DNA from: a virus
Lineage: Duplodnaviria > Caudoviricetes
Reading direction: 5' to 3' (one strand)
Length of the DNA stretch: 64,000 bases
Virus record (IMG/VR): IMGVR_UViG_3300040801_001103
Location: 10 to 64,009 of that record
A program made the translations under genes and the position numbers. Under the pieces are notes generated by a model that did not search any database, was not told the origin of the DNA, and saw only the letters and a program-made list of their open reading frames with translations. Positions 28,390 through 36,721 of the stretch are shown piece by piece (the first letter of the stretch is position 1; each line of letters starts with the position of its first letter).

Positions 28390-29484
28390 TTACAAGAAAC
28401 TGACCGGCATGGGAGAGTCGAACTCGTCAAGATAGTCATCTAGAGCGTCACCAGCCAGATTGCTGTTGATAACATCGTAGATTGTGTCTTCGAATGTGGC
28501 AATGTAGTTGATCATGCGGATGGCTAACACCAGTGCCATTACAGTGTCATCATGTTCGCCTGGTTTAGCTGCAAAACTCTGTCCTTTGGCCACGAAGCCC
28601 TTGAGCTCTTTGATCAATACCTTGCTGTATATTCTGAGCTTGCCAGTCTCAATGTATCGCTTGAGACTCAGGCATGCCTCCAGTTTACTCTTGGCTGTGG
28701 TGTGGAATCCCAACCGACCTCGGCGTCCAGCTACCTTGTGTGGATCGTGGAGCATCTCGCCCGGGAATGATTCTTCACCAGTGTCACGGATAACCACCAG
28801 TGCACCTTCGCCTATGCTGTTGTTTTCCACACTCCAATACATGCTGCTACACCCGAAGTCTTCTAAGTAGCGCAGTATTTCCATCATGCATTTAACCTGT
28901 CCTTCCACAGGAGTCTTGTTGTGTTGCCACTCAGCAATCTGCATCATGCTGGGCATCTCTATGACCTGAATAGCTGCATAGTCGCCGCCTGTTCCAGTGC
29001 TGGGGTCCAAGCTCACCACATAAGTGCTGTTGGGGTCTGGGTACTTGTACCATCGCACTTGGCCAATCTTTTGCGCTGGATCAACTCCCTGCATATCAAC
29101 CAACATCAGCTGATCAATAAGTGTCTCTTCGAAGATGATGAATTCACAGTTGGAAACCAGTACACCGTTTGCGTAGAAACGATTACCCTGATGCACATTG
29201 TATATGTCGTAAACTTCTTCCAGTTGATGCTGGCTTATGTTTTTTACCTTGGCTGTAGTTTCTTTTACGATTATGTTATGCTCTAGAGATAAGTCTTTTG
29301 CTGCGACTCTAACCATTGCTTCTGTGAGAAACTCATGATCAGGAGTACAATAGATAACCTTACCATCATCTAACTCCACGCAGACAGTATCCCTGGTGCC
29401 TTTTTTGATTACACCATCGAAATCACTAAACCCACTATCAGTGAGTATCTTGATGCCTTTATCGTTTTTTACTAATTCTGCCAC
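28390..29484 (-). CDS. terL: Terminase large subunit, C-terminal nuclease half fused to split-intein IntC
   Basis: GTG start with GAGGGA SD; intein ...FYANGVLVSN then extein CEFI; RNase H-like SLDPSTGTGGDY, VENN, HDD.VMAL. Confidence 0.92.
   Translation of the reverse strand: MAELVKNDKGIKILTDSGFSDFDGVIKKGTRDTVCVELDDGKVIYCTPDHEFLTEAMVRVAAKDLSLEHNIIVKETTAKVKNISQHQLEEVYDIYNVHQGNRFYANGVLVSNCEFIIFEETLIDQLMLVDMQGVDPAQKIGQVRWYKYPDPNSTYVVSLDPSTGTGGDYAAIQVIEMPSMMQIAEWQHNKTPVEGQVKCMMEILRYLEDFGCSSMYWSVENNSIGEGALVVIRDTGEESFPGEMLHDPHKVAGRRGRLGFHTTAKSKLEACLSLKRYIETGKLRIYSKVLIKELKGFVAKGQSFAAKPGEHDDTVMALVLAIRMINYIATFEDTIYDVINSNLAGDALDDYLDEFDSPMPVSFL
29149..29484 (-). other. Split intein C-terminal fragment (~112 aa)
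   Basis: Block B CTPDHEF, block F VYDI, block G ANGVLVSN/C. Confidence 0.92.
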
Positions 29485-30151
29485 GGGTAAATCCCTCTGG
29501 TACTTCACCATCTCGAAATTGTTTGTTTGCTGTGCCGTCATTGTACCAGCGCATGCCTTTCTTGTTACTTTTACGCCCCGGCTTTCGACCAGCGCGGAAT
29601 CCTTCTGGACACTCTACCGCGTATGTCTCTATGTCGCCGTTCGTAAACCAAGTTTTTCCTGTTGCTGAACCTGTTCGTCCCTTTGTTGCTTCGCTTATCT
29701 TGCGAGCCCGTTCAGAATCTTTGAGGTATTCATAACCGTGCTTTTCTCTGGCTGTCATACGTTCCTGACGTTCTTGTTCGCTCCACCCTGAGCCTTTTTT
29801 GCGACCACCTACACCAGGGCGCTTCACGCCGCGATTGGGTGCTGCCTTGCCGTACATTGGATTCTTATCGCCCATCTTGATTTCTCGTAAGTATTCAATC
29901 ATTTCAGGATCATGCTTATAGTTTGTTGGGTTACCCAGATTACTGTTGCGGGCAATCTCAAACAATCTTTCTTCGTGCCCGATTTTACCTGCTAGACTCA
30001 ACCATGCGACTTTATCCTGCCAGCGTCCGTGTTTTTCATATAACTCACGGTGCGCTTCAGCATGTTCTTCAATCGTGAGTTCCACTAGATTTTCTGGGGC
30101 GTCGCTTCCGCCTGCGTGTCTTGGGATCACGTGGTGCTTGTGCTTTATCAT
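29459..30151 (-). mobile_element. Free-standing HNH homing endonuclease with NUMOD3 repeats
   Basis: HKHHVIPRHAGG...NLVELT..EH..AH; KNPMYGK NUMOD3-like; W(F/Y)x(N/D)G repeats. Confidence 0.88.
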
Positions 30152-30257
30152 CAGACTTTATTACTCCATCTTCAACTTTTTCACCTGCATCAGGGTCGCG
30201 CCACATATAGCCGTCAAACCCTTCAGTAAATGTTTTGTCTATGTCTTTTAGTCTCAT
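30069..30257 (-). CDS. Small ORF between IntN and the endonuclease
   Basis: 62 aa; overlaps HNH start by 83 nt; may not be translated. Confidence 0.35.
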   Translation of the reverse strand: MRLKDIDKTFTEGFDGYMWRDPDAGEKVEDGVIKSDDKAQAPRDPKTRRRKRRPRKSSGTHD

Positions 30258-30260
30258 GGT

Positions 30261-30268
30261 TATTTATC
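30261..30268 (-). promoter_or_regulatory. Late promoter (GATAAATA) inside the fractured terL locus
   Basis: Consensus match just after the IntN stop. Confidence 0.6.
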
Positions 30269-30282
30269 TGTTTCGTCCAATA

Positions 30283-31215
30283 TTACGAACTCAACAATGC
30301 TTCAAGTTCCACGATAGTTACCTCACGGATTTCACCATCAGGCATTTGAATTGTTACTTTGCTGTCACCGCACAAGCATTCGTGTTCACGACGGAATTTT
30401 TCTTCGCCAATACTGCTACGTTCTTCTGCTGCCCAGGCATCATCTCTATCAGGGTGTGCACTCCAGATAGCCTTGTATTCACGGAAACCGTTCTTGCCCA
30501 GTCCTGTTTCAAACTCATTACCATACTCATCAAACTTATCACAAGCACCCTTCCAGATGGTGGCAAACAGATCCTCGTCACTGTTGGGTGTGCTGGTGAT
30601 AATACACTTACCACCTGTAGCAAGTGTGGGCGACAATGAGGTCCAAAACTCGCCTGCAATATTGGGTTTCACAAATGCAAACTCGTCCAAGTATACAAGT
30701 GTGATGGACATTCCTCGGCCTGTTGTCTCTGTGGTTGTTTCAGCAACAATGCGCGAACCGTTGTCAAAGCTCAAGCTTCCTTTGTTGTATTCTGTGGCGC
30801 CAGCACGAATATAGTCTGGGCAGTTTTCATAAGCAAAACGCACACGCCGCATGATGTCTGATGCGTTCTTACCTTTGTTACTGGCAATTAAGATTTCACT
30901 GTCTGCTCGGAACATGGCGTACCACAACAGGTATCCTGCAGCCACAGTGGTCTTGCCCAGCTGACGTCCCATCATGTTGATGCTGCGTCTGCTGTGCACA
31001 TAGTTTTCGATTAGGGCTAACTGATATTCGTAAGGTTCGAAAAGCATGCGTCCTTTAGTGGGGTGTTGAATCCACATAAAGTTGCGCATGAAGTACAGTG
31101 GCCCGTCTATGGGGTCACAACATTTTTGAAAGTGCTCTAGTTCTTCAGCTGTGTAATGATCTTGTTTAAAGGCCTGTTTGACTAGAGTTGTGTCTGCTGT
31201 TCCTTTTGTACTCAT
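30283..31215 (-). CDS. terL: Terminase large subunit, N-terminal ATPase half fused to split-intein IntN
   Basis: YQ adenine motif, GRQLGKTT, LVYLDEFAF, ITSTPN, ends FRREHE/CLCGDSKV... Confidence 0.95.
   Translation of the reverse strand: MSTKGTADTTLVKQAFKQDHYTAEELEHFQKCCDPIDGPLYFMRNFMWIQHPTKGRMLFEPYEYQLALIENYVHSRRSINMMGRQLGKTTVAAGYLLWYAMFRADSEILIASNKGKNASDIMRRVRFAYENCPDYIRAGATEYNKGSLSFDNGSRIVAETTTETTGRGMSITLVYLDEFAFVKPNIAGEFWTSLSPTLATGGKCIITSTPNSDEDLFATIWKGACDKFDEYGNEFETGLGKNGFREYKAIWSAHPDRDDAWAAEERSSIGEEKFRREHECLCGDSKVTIQMPDGEIREVTIVELEALLSS
30286..30378 (-). other. Split intein N-terminal fragment (31 aa)
   Basis: Block A CLCGDSKVTI then vTIvEL and stop. Confidence 0.92.
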
Positions 31216-31220
31216 AGTTC

Positions 31221-31228
31221 TATTTATG
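31221..31228 (-). promoter_or_regulatory. Late promoter (CATAAATA) 5 nt from terL ATG
   Basis: Direct read. Confidence 0.65.
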
Positions 31229-32078
31229 CTGCTGCAATGCTTTTTTGTGGTGCTTGAAACAAATTATGCTCCAAAACATAGTTCTTCATAAAGTGTGCTA
31301 TGCGCTGCTGTCCTATGCTGTCTGGATGATCCCAGAATGGTTTCTCGCTCCACTCCACTCCTTTGCTAAATCCAGTGTACATGTGCATGGGTATCAAGCG
31401 TGGGCCCACATTCTTAAATGCACGATCAACTAGACGAATAAACGATGGATGTGTTCCAGTCGCCCAGTTAAACAAATACGCAATATTTCGTTCTTGCAAC
31501 CATCGCATGAGTTGAGTAACATGGCTGTAACAATGAGATATCTGTCGTGCAAAAATTCCTGCAAACTGCTCATGGTGCCGAGCAACTTGTTCGTAGTGTC
31601 GGTGCAATGCATGCTGAGGGATATGCCTAGGACTCACATGCTCCCACAGTCGTTTCTGCCCCAAGTAGTCTTTTTTGCTGTTATGGCGGACAAACACTGA
31701 CTGGTAGTGTTCGTGTGGTTCAGGGGTGTTGGGAACAAGTTCTGGAGACTTTTGTGATACCACTGGAGTTACAATTGACCCGTTAATTGTGTAATCCAAC
31801 GATTTCCAAAGCATGTGCTGGGGACCTGTAAATTCAACTATAACAAAAAGCTCACTGTATGTTTTATAACGTTCGAAATATTGTGTGCAAAAACCCATGG
31901 TGTCTTGCACAGACATTTCAGTGGGTTTGTTGTTTAAAGAATGATTCCAAAGATTGGAAAAACTAAGCTGATTTGCGAATGCATGTATCCAGCTAGGATT
32001 GTTGAGGGACGCAATAGGTTCACTACCGCGTCCCCATCCACTTGCTATGCATGTTCCATTAACAAATAGATCATGCAT
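31224..32078 (-). CDS. SGNH/GDSL hydrolase-like protein
   Basis: N-terminal FVNGTC..SG, SW, C-terminal DHP...GQ..IA. Confidence 0.45.
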   Translation of the reverse strand: MHDLFVNGTCIASGWGRGSEPIASLNNPSWIHAFANQLSFSNLWNHSLNNKPTEMSVQDTMGFCTQYFERYKTYSELFVIVEFTGPQHMLWKSLDYTINGSIVTPVVSQKSPELVPNTPEPHEHYQSVFVRHNSKKDYLGQKRLWEHVSPRHIPQHALHRHYEQVARHHEQFAGIFARQISHCYSHVTQLMRWLQERNIAYLFNWATGTHPSFIRLVDRAFKNVGPRLIPMHMYTGFSKGVEWSEKPFWDHPDSIGQQRIAHFMKNYVLEHNLFQAPQKSIAAA

Positions 32079-32081
32079 TTG

Positions 32082-32237
32082 TTACTTTAGCTGTGAATTG
32101 TTGTCGCTGCGTCCACCGCCGCCACTGCCACCTTGCTGTGGTGGACGATTTTTGCTTTCTTCGCGACGCTTGCGAATGTAATAAATTGTACCGACAACTA
32201 TAACGGCTACAATTCCGTATGCTACTATTGTTTCCAT
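32082..32237 (-). CDS. Small single-pass membrane protein (51 aa)
   Basis: Manual: METIVAYGIVAVIVVGTIYYIRKRREESKNRPPQQGGSGGGGRSDNNSQLK; AAGGAG SD. Confidence 0.7.
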   Translation of the reverse strand: METIVAYGIVAVIVVGTIYYIRKRREESKNRPPQQGGSGGGGRSDNNSQLK

Positions 32238-32260
32238 GTGTACTCTCCTTGTGAGTTTTC

Positions 32261-32611
32261 TTACCTAAAAGCGCCCAATTTGGCACTTAAGACTTTTTGT
32301 ATTGCGTCTGCATCCACTGAATAAGACGCGCCCATGTTATCAACTGGTGACTCGCAATCACCACAGTCATCTTCTGGTGGTATATCACAGGGTTCAGGTT
32401 CAAACTGGTTGGGTGCTATTACTTGTGCGTCCCCATGAACGCCAGCAAGTTTGAGCAATTGCTGTATCTCCGCCATGTCAGCACCACTTGCAGTAATGCT
32501 AACCTGCCCGTTGCCCACATGCTTGGTTTGTGTAAACGTCGCAGTGTCCTGATCAGCAAATGATGATTCCATCAAATTGAGCATGTGTTGCATGTTATCC
32601 AAAGAAGACAT
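32261..32611 (-). CDS. Hypothetical virion protein
   Basis: TAATG overlap; LLKLAGV motif. Confidence 0.6.
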   Translation of the reverse strand: MSSLDNMQHMLNLMESSFADQDTATFTQTKHVGNGQVSITASGADMAEIQQLLKLAGVHGDAQVIAPNQFEPEPCDIPPEDDCGDCESPVDNMGASYSVDADAIQKVLSAKLGAFR

Positions 32612-33309
32612 TATCGGCTCCCTAGATTTTGATCGTTAACGCTAACAGTCTTTTCAGTTTCACGACCCTGGCCCATGTTGGTACCATTGTGAAGGTCATC
32701 CCACATGGGACGCAAATTGTCTCCCATGAGCTCATCTTTGGTGGGGTAGGCGCGGAAGTAATCTGCGCCTTTCTCGTCACGGATGCGCTTGAGTTCCGCC
32801 AGGAACTTGTCGTTGTAATCTTCGCCATACATGCCAGCCACTTCATCTACTTCGATTTGAGCAGCGTATGTATCGTGTTCAAAATCTTCATTAGCCAGTA
32901 CAGCATCATCCATGTTGGGCATACGATCCACATCGTTAGCCATTCGCTCTGCTGCTAGTTCATTGTGCACTCTGCGTGGCTCGTTGATGCCGTAGCACAA
33001 CACACGCTCATGATCCAGTCCCATGTTTACTGCAAGCCATACTTCCAATATGCGTGGATTGGCCGGGTACTTGAGTACCACGTCAGTGCTGCAAACTTCT
33101 GATGTGCACTTGATGCCTTTCAAGCGAACAAATTCACTGGGGTTTTCTTGGATTGGAGTGCGGTTAAAGGGTGCTGCGCTCACAAAGTTATACTTGCTCA
33201 AGCATTGCTCAATCATGGTCATTTGATCTGACCCACAGTCAGCAGCAAATTTGATGCGGTAAGCATACTCTTTGGTGAAACTCTCAGCGAGAAAGTCCTT
33301 GAAATTCAT
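32611..33309 (-). CDS. Conserved virion/head protein
   Basis: Start MNFKDFLAES (GGAG SD) resembles T4 capsid-targeting leaders; TPIQENP motif. Confidence 0.65.
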   Translation of the reverse strand: MNFKDFLAESFTKEYAYRIKFAADCGSDQMTMIEQCLSKYNFVSAAPFNRTPIQENPSEFVRLKGIKCTSEVCSTDVVLKYPANPRILEVWLAVNMGLDHERVLCYGINEPRRVHNELAAERMANDVDRMPNMDDAVLANEDFEHDTYAAQIEVDEVAGMYGEDYNDKFLAELKRIRDEKGADYFRAYPTKDELMGDNLRPMWDDLHNGTNMGQGRETEKTVSVNDQNLGSR

Positions 33310-33334
33310 AGTCGTAATCTCCAAAATTATACAA

Positions 33335-33817
33335 CTATTTATCGGAATCGGAATCCTTTTTGCTCAACATTTTCAAAAGATCGTTGCGATCCAGAGCTTG
33401 AGCTGGTATGTCTTCTGCTTCGGGCTTGCGAGAAGTGTCACGTTGGTCCAGATTGGCCTTCTTGAGCATGAGGTCAATCTGCTTGAGCTTGCGAGTTACT
33501 TTGCTGTCCTTGGCTTCCAGGGCAATCTTGAGCATGGTTGCTGCGTTGTTCAACACTGGCCCGGCTGCCATGTCTGTCATGTTCATGCCCAAACTCATGA
33601 GAGCCTGATAGCTTTCCATGGCTTCTCGAGCAATTTCATCCATCTCGCCATCATGTGCTTCCATGCCACGCACCTGACTCAGGGCACTATTGATTTTCTC
33701 GCTAATCGAGATGGCGTCTTCAACTTCCACAATGTCATGCTGAATGTCATCGCTTGAGGGTATGTCACTCTCGTCGATTGGAGGTAGGTTAAATTCTTCT
33801 TCTAGTCGTTTTGTCAT
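33335..33817 (-). CDS. Helical protein, possible terminase small subunit
   Basis: 160 aa, helical hairpin, C-terminal DRNDLL; near terL. Confidence 0.45.
   Translation of the reverse strand: MTKRLEEEFNLPPIDESDIPSSDDIQHDIVEVEDAISISEKINSALSQVRGMEAHDGEMDEIAREAMESYQALMSLGMNMTDMAAGPVLNNAATMLKIALEAKDSKVTRKLKQIDLMLKKANLDQRDTSRKPEAEDIPAQALDRNDLLKMLSKKDSDSDK
33336..33343 (-). promoter_or_regulatory. Late promoter (GATAAATA)
   Basis: Overlaps upstream stop. Confidence 0.6.
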
Positions 33818-33822
33818 AACGA

Positions 33823-33830
33823 TATTTATG
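33823..33830 (-). promoter_or_regulatory. Late promoter (CATAAATA) 5 nt from ATG
   Basis: Direct read. Confidence 0.65.
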
Positions 33831-33835
33831 CTTCG

Positions 33836-34291
33836 CTACTTTCGCTTTCTGGGATTTCGCTTCTTGTTGGTCTTGAAGATTTGATCTTCGTTAATGACCT
33901 TGAATCTAATTCCTTTACGACTACACCACTCTTGTGCTGCTGTCCACTTAGCGGCATTAACGGCCACCTGGATTTGTGCCTTTTTACTCCTACCAGCATT
34001 CTCCATAGTAGTCTCTTTGCTTGGCTTGATTTCGATGACTTCGACATGTGTTGTTCCATTTTTATCCTGATACTGGATCATGAAATCCGGTATGTAATTA
34101 GCGTAGCGGCTAGTTATGGGATTGAAGTATGGAATCTTGATATTTTCGGAAGCCCACTTGAGTATGCTGGGATGGTTGTCACAAAAGCGGCAAAAAGCCA
34201 ATTCCCAACTGCTGCGGTATACTGGCGCTTGGGTACCAACATACTTTGTGGGGTCTTGTACTTGGTACGTTCCCTGCTGATACTTGCTCAT
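33836..34291 (-). CDS. Head completion nuclease (T4 gp4-like)
   Basis: YRSSWE, WASE...IPY, YIPDF, IEIKP, N.AKW.AA. Confidence 0.88.
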   Translation of the reverse strand: MSKYQQGTYQVQDPTKYVGTQAPVYRSSWELAFCRFCDNHPSILKWASENIKIPYFNPITSRYANYIPDFMIQYQDKNGTTHVEVIEIKPSKETTMENAGRSKKAQIQVAVNAAKWTAAQEWCSRKGIRFKVINEDQIFKTNKKRNPRKRK

Positions 34292-34716
34292 GGCTGTATC
34301 TGTTGGCTAAACCTGCTGCGGCGATTGTTGAGTGGTGCCGTTAACCCAATACGGTTACCGCTCGGACGCAATTCGTTTATGATCTGATACGCATCACGAG
34401 TCAATTTCAGACTGGCATCGTTTACTTCAAAGTATTCCATGGGGCTCACACCCTGTTCACGTGCCACTTGTATCAGCACACTGGCCATGGTACGTGCTGC
34501 TGGCTCACCAAAACCTATGCTCTCCAGTCGCGTCTTAACTGTGGTCAGTTGCACTGGATCAATTGCATCTGGCTGTGCAAAACTTGCCAACAACTCACTT
34601 GTGGCTTCTGGCAGCGGAAACGGGATGGTGGAGTTCTCCAAGAACTGAGTCAGAGTGCTCTGCGTGATGCGGTACTTGCGCTCGTTACCAAACGTTACAT
34701 AAAGTTTTTCTGACAT
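34288..34716 (-). CDS. Hypothetical virion protein
   Basis: Coupled to neighbours in tail operon. Confidence 0.6.
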   Translation of the reverse strand: MSEKLYVTFGNERKYRITQSTLTQFLENSTIPFPLPEATSELLASFAQPDAIDPVQLTTVKTRLESIGFGEPAARTMASVLIQVAREQGVSPMEYFEVNDASLKLTRDAYQIINELRPSGNRIGLTAPLNNRRSRFSQQIQP

Positions 34717-35909
34717 TATGGCTCCCCGCCTTGGTTACGTGCTATCTCTGTTTCGTTTGCCTGCGCATCTGGATCAGCGTTAAAGGCGCCGTTTATGATA
34801 CCAGTGAGACCGCCTATGCCACGGCGGATAGCAGCGTCACGAACGTCACCACCGTTAATGGCAGTGGTTGCGATGTCATCAATTAGGTCACCCAAGAAGC
34901 CGGTGACTGGATCAATGTCAGGTTCTTGACTTCCGGTTGTGCTACCCACGCTGTATGTTGCAGGCAGTCCTGGGCGGGCTGGCTCCGTAACAGGGAGTGT
35001 CCGATTCGGGACAGGCTGTCCTGTACGTTGTCTAGTGGAATTCAAGACTTCGTTATTTCCTAATACATTCAAATTTTGTGATACGGCTACTGTTGGTGCT
35101 TCCGTAAAGCTTGGGCCCTTCAGGCGTGACGCATCTTCGAATCGGTTCAAATCTTTTGGTCCCAACTCAAAGTTTGTGACATTGTAGGTGGTAAAGCGTT
35201 CGTACTCAAATGACAATGCAAACTGCAATGCTTGGCTATCACTGTAATCAATTGTGCCTGGCTTGAAGCTGGTCATCACTGGATTGAACAAACTGTACTG
35301 AACACCCCGACCGTTGTGATACATCACATAATCAATTCTCTCGAAAAAATGTGCTGATACATTGGGATTGTATCCTGCTGCGTTGCTGTCCCAAGGTAGA
35401 CCGCCCGAGGATCTCCCAAATGCAGTGTTGGCCATTTCCAATGCGGTGGTTCCACTGCGATCAAACTCTGGCAGTTGCATGTCTCTATCACCTGGTCCTT
35501 GCTCGTTGCGTGGGTCCATGTAGTGATAGCTGAAGTACTTCATGATGGTAGTCAACCATTCATTGTTCACAGTATCGTATACACTGATGTTTACAGGATT
35601 GTATTCCACACCAGTGTTCACAATGCGCTTGCGATTGTATTCGTTGAGTGTTTCAGTCTTGAAGTTTGCACTGGGCAATTCTGCACTAACCACCAGGCTA
35701 CTAATAGTCGAACGGAACCCGTCGTCATTGTCACCAAACAATGAGCCGAACAAGCTCCGGTTGAATATAAAATTGACGTAACCCTGGAACGCTTGACGCG
35801 GAGGGTTTACGTCAGGACGATATCGAAATCCGTTTCGGAAGTCGCGCAAGTAGAAGTTACGTTCTCCTTGAAATACATCAAAAAGTCTGTTATTGAATCT
35901 TGTACTCAC
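34716..35909 (-). CDS. Tail tube-like / baseplate-tube protein
   Basis: ELPS..F.TETLNEYNRKR...YNPV...D, F.YE gp19-family fold pattern. Confidence 0.65.
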   Translation of the reverse strand: MSTRFNNRLFDVFQGERNFYLRDFRNGFRYRPDVNPPRQAFQGYVNFIFNRSLFGSLFGDNDDGFRSTISSLVVSAELPSANFKTETLNEYNRKRIVNTGVEYNPVNISVYDTVNNEWLTTIMKYFSYHYMDPRNEQGPGDRDMQLPEFDRSGTTALEMANTAFGRSSGGLPWDSNAAGYNPNVSAHFFERIDYVMYHNGRGVQYSLFNPVMTSFKPGTIDYSDSQALQFALSFEYERFTTYNVTNFELGPKDLNRFEDASRLKGPSFTEAPTVAVSQNLNVLGNNEVLNSTRQRTGQPVPNRTLPVTEPARPGLPATYSVGSTTGSQEPDIDPVTGFLGDLIDDIATTAINGGDVRDAAIRRGIGGLTGIINGAFNADPDAQANETEIARNQGGEP

Positions 35910-35930
35910 GCACTGACTCCTTTAGGCGTA

Positions 35931-36569
35931 TTACGCCTGGACTGATATAGTGTTAAGGTCAACAGTATCAGGGAATGGGTTGCCGCTGTTAACTCGTCCG
36001 TTAACATCATTGTCACCCTGATAGTGTGTAGCGTTATCAAAACGCACAGTCATGGTGATCATCAGAGGCTCACTCACTGAGTAATCGTTGCCATCATATG
36101 CAACGTTCTGCAAGTAGCATCCTTCCAGGAACCATACTTCACTAGCGCCTGCGTTGGTACCATCCAATACTTCAAGTTGCATATCGAATTTGTAGTCGTT
36201 GCCTGCTGCTGGGGTGGTCTGCTGGAAGTGGTTCAGCTGACGCTGTACCTGTGATCCCACAAGCTTGCTCACTGCGTTTGAAATGTCATCACGCACTGCA
36301 AGGTTGATGGGCTCCCAGTTGTGCTTGCCCTGAATGTATACTTTGGAGTTGTAGCTATCGAGAACTACTTCCTCAGTGTTAAATGTTGGACGATCTACTG
36401 TCATCACATTTTGTGTAAGTACTCGTGCATCTGGCTCGCCAGCAAAGCCGCCAAGCATTGTAACGCGGAAGCGATACTTCAACTTGGGCATCAGGATACC
36501 TGTGCCGGTATTACCTGTAACTGGTACGCCAAATTTACTGCGAGTCTCTACAGTTGGTATATTTGCCAT
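35931..36569 (-). CDS. Tail tube protein (gp19-like)
   Basis: PKLKYRFRV, GKHNWEPI, W.LEGC, FDNA; follows sheath. Confidence 0.88.
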   Translation of the reverse strand: MANIPTVETRSKFGVPVTGNTGTGILMPKLKYRFRVTMLGGFAGEPDARVLTQNVMTVDRPTFNTEEVVLDSYNSKVYIQGKHNWEPINLAVRDDISNAVSKLVGSQVQRQLNHFQQTTPAAGNDYKFDMQLEVLDGTNAGASEVWFLEGCYLQNVAYDGNDYSVSEPLMITMTVRFDNATHYQGDNDVNGRVNSGNPFPDTVDLNTISVQA

Positions 36570-36613
36570 TGTTTTACTCTCCTACGAACCAAGGGTTCTT
36601 GTTTACTTATGGA

Positions 36614-36621
36614 TATTTATC
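36614..36621 (-). promoter_or_regulatory. Late promoter (GATAAATA)
   Basis: Upstream of tube gene. Confidence 0.65.
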
Positions 36622-36663
36622 GGAACTTGCTTAATTTCATTAACATACGTTTTATTAGCCATG

Positions 36664-36685
36664 AAAAAGCCCTCCGGGAGGGCTT
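36664..36685 (-). terminator. Rho-independent terminator
   Basis: AGCCCTC/GAGGGCT stem plus U-run after sheath gene. Confidence 0.75.
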
Positions 36686-36721
36686 AACTGGTTCAGTTGA
36701 ATCTTGCGATAATCAACTGTC

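Noticed and set aside
29149-30378. Group I intron, frameshift or pseudogene in terL
   Set aside because: Both halves carry complementary intein blocks and their own starts; no non-coding space for an intron core
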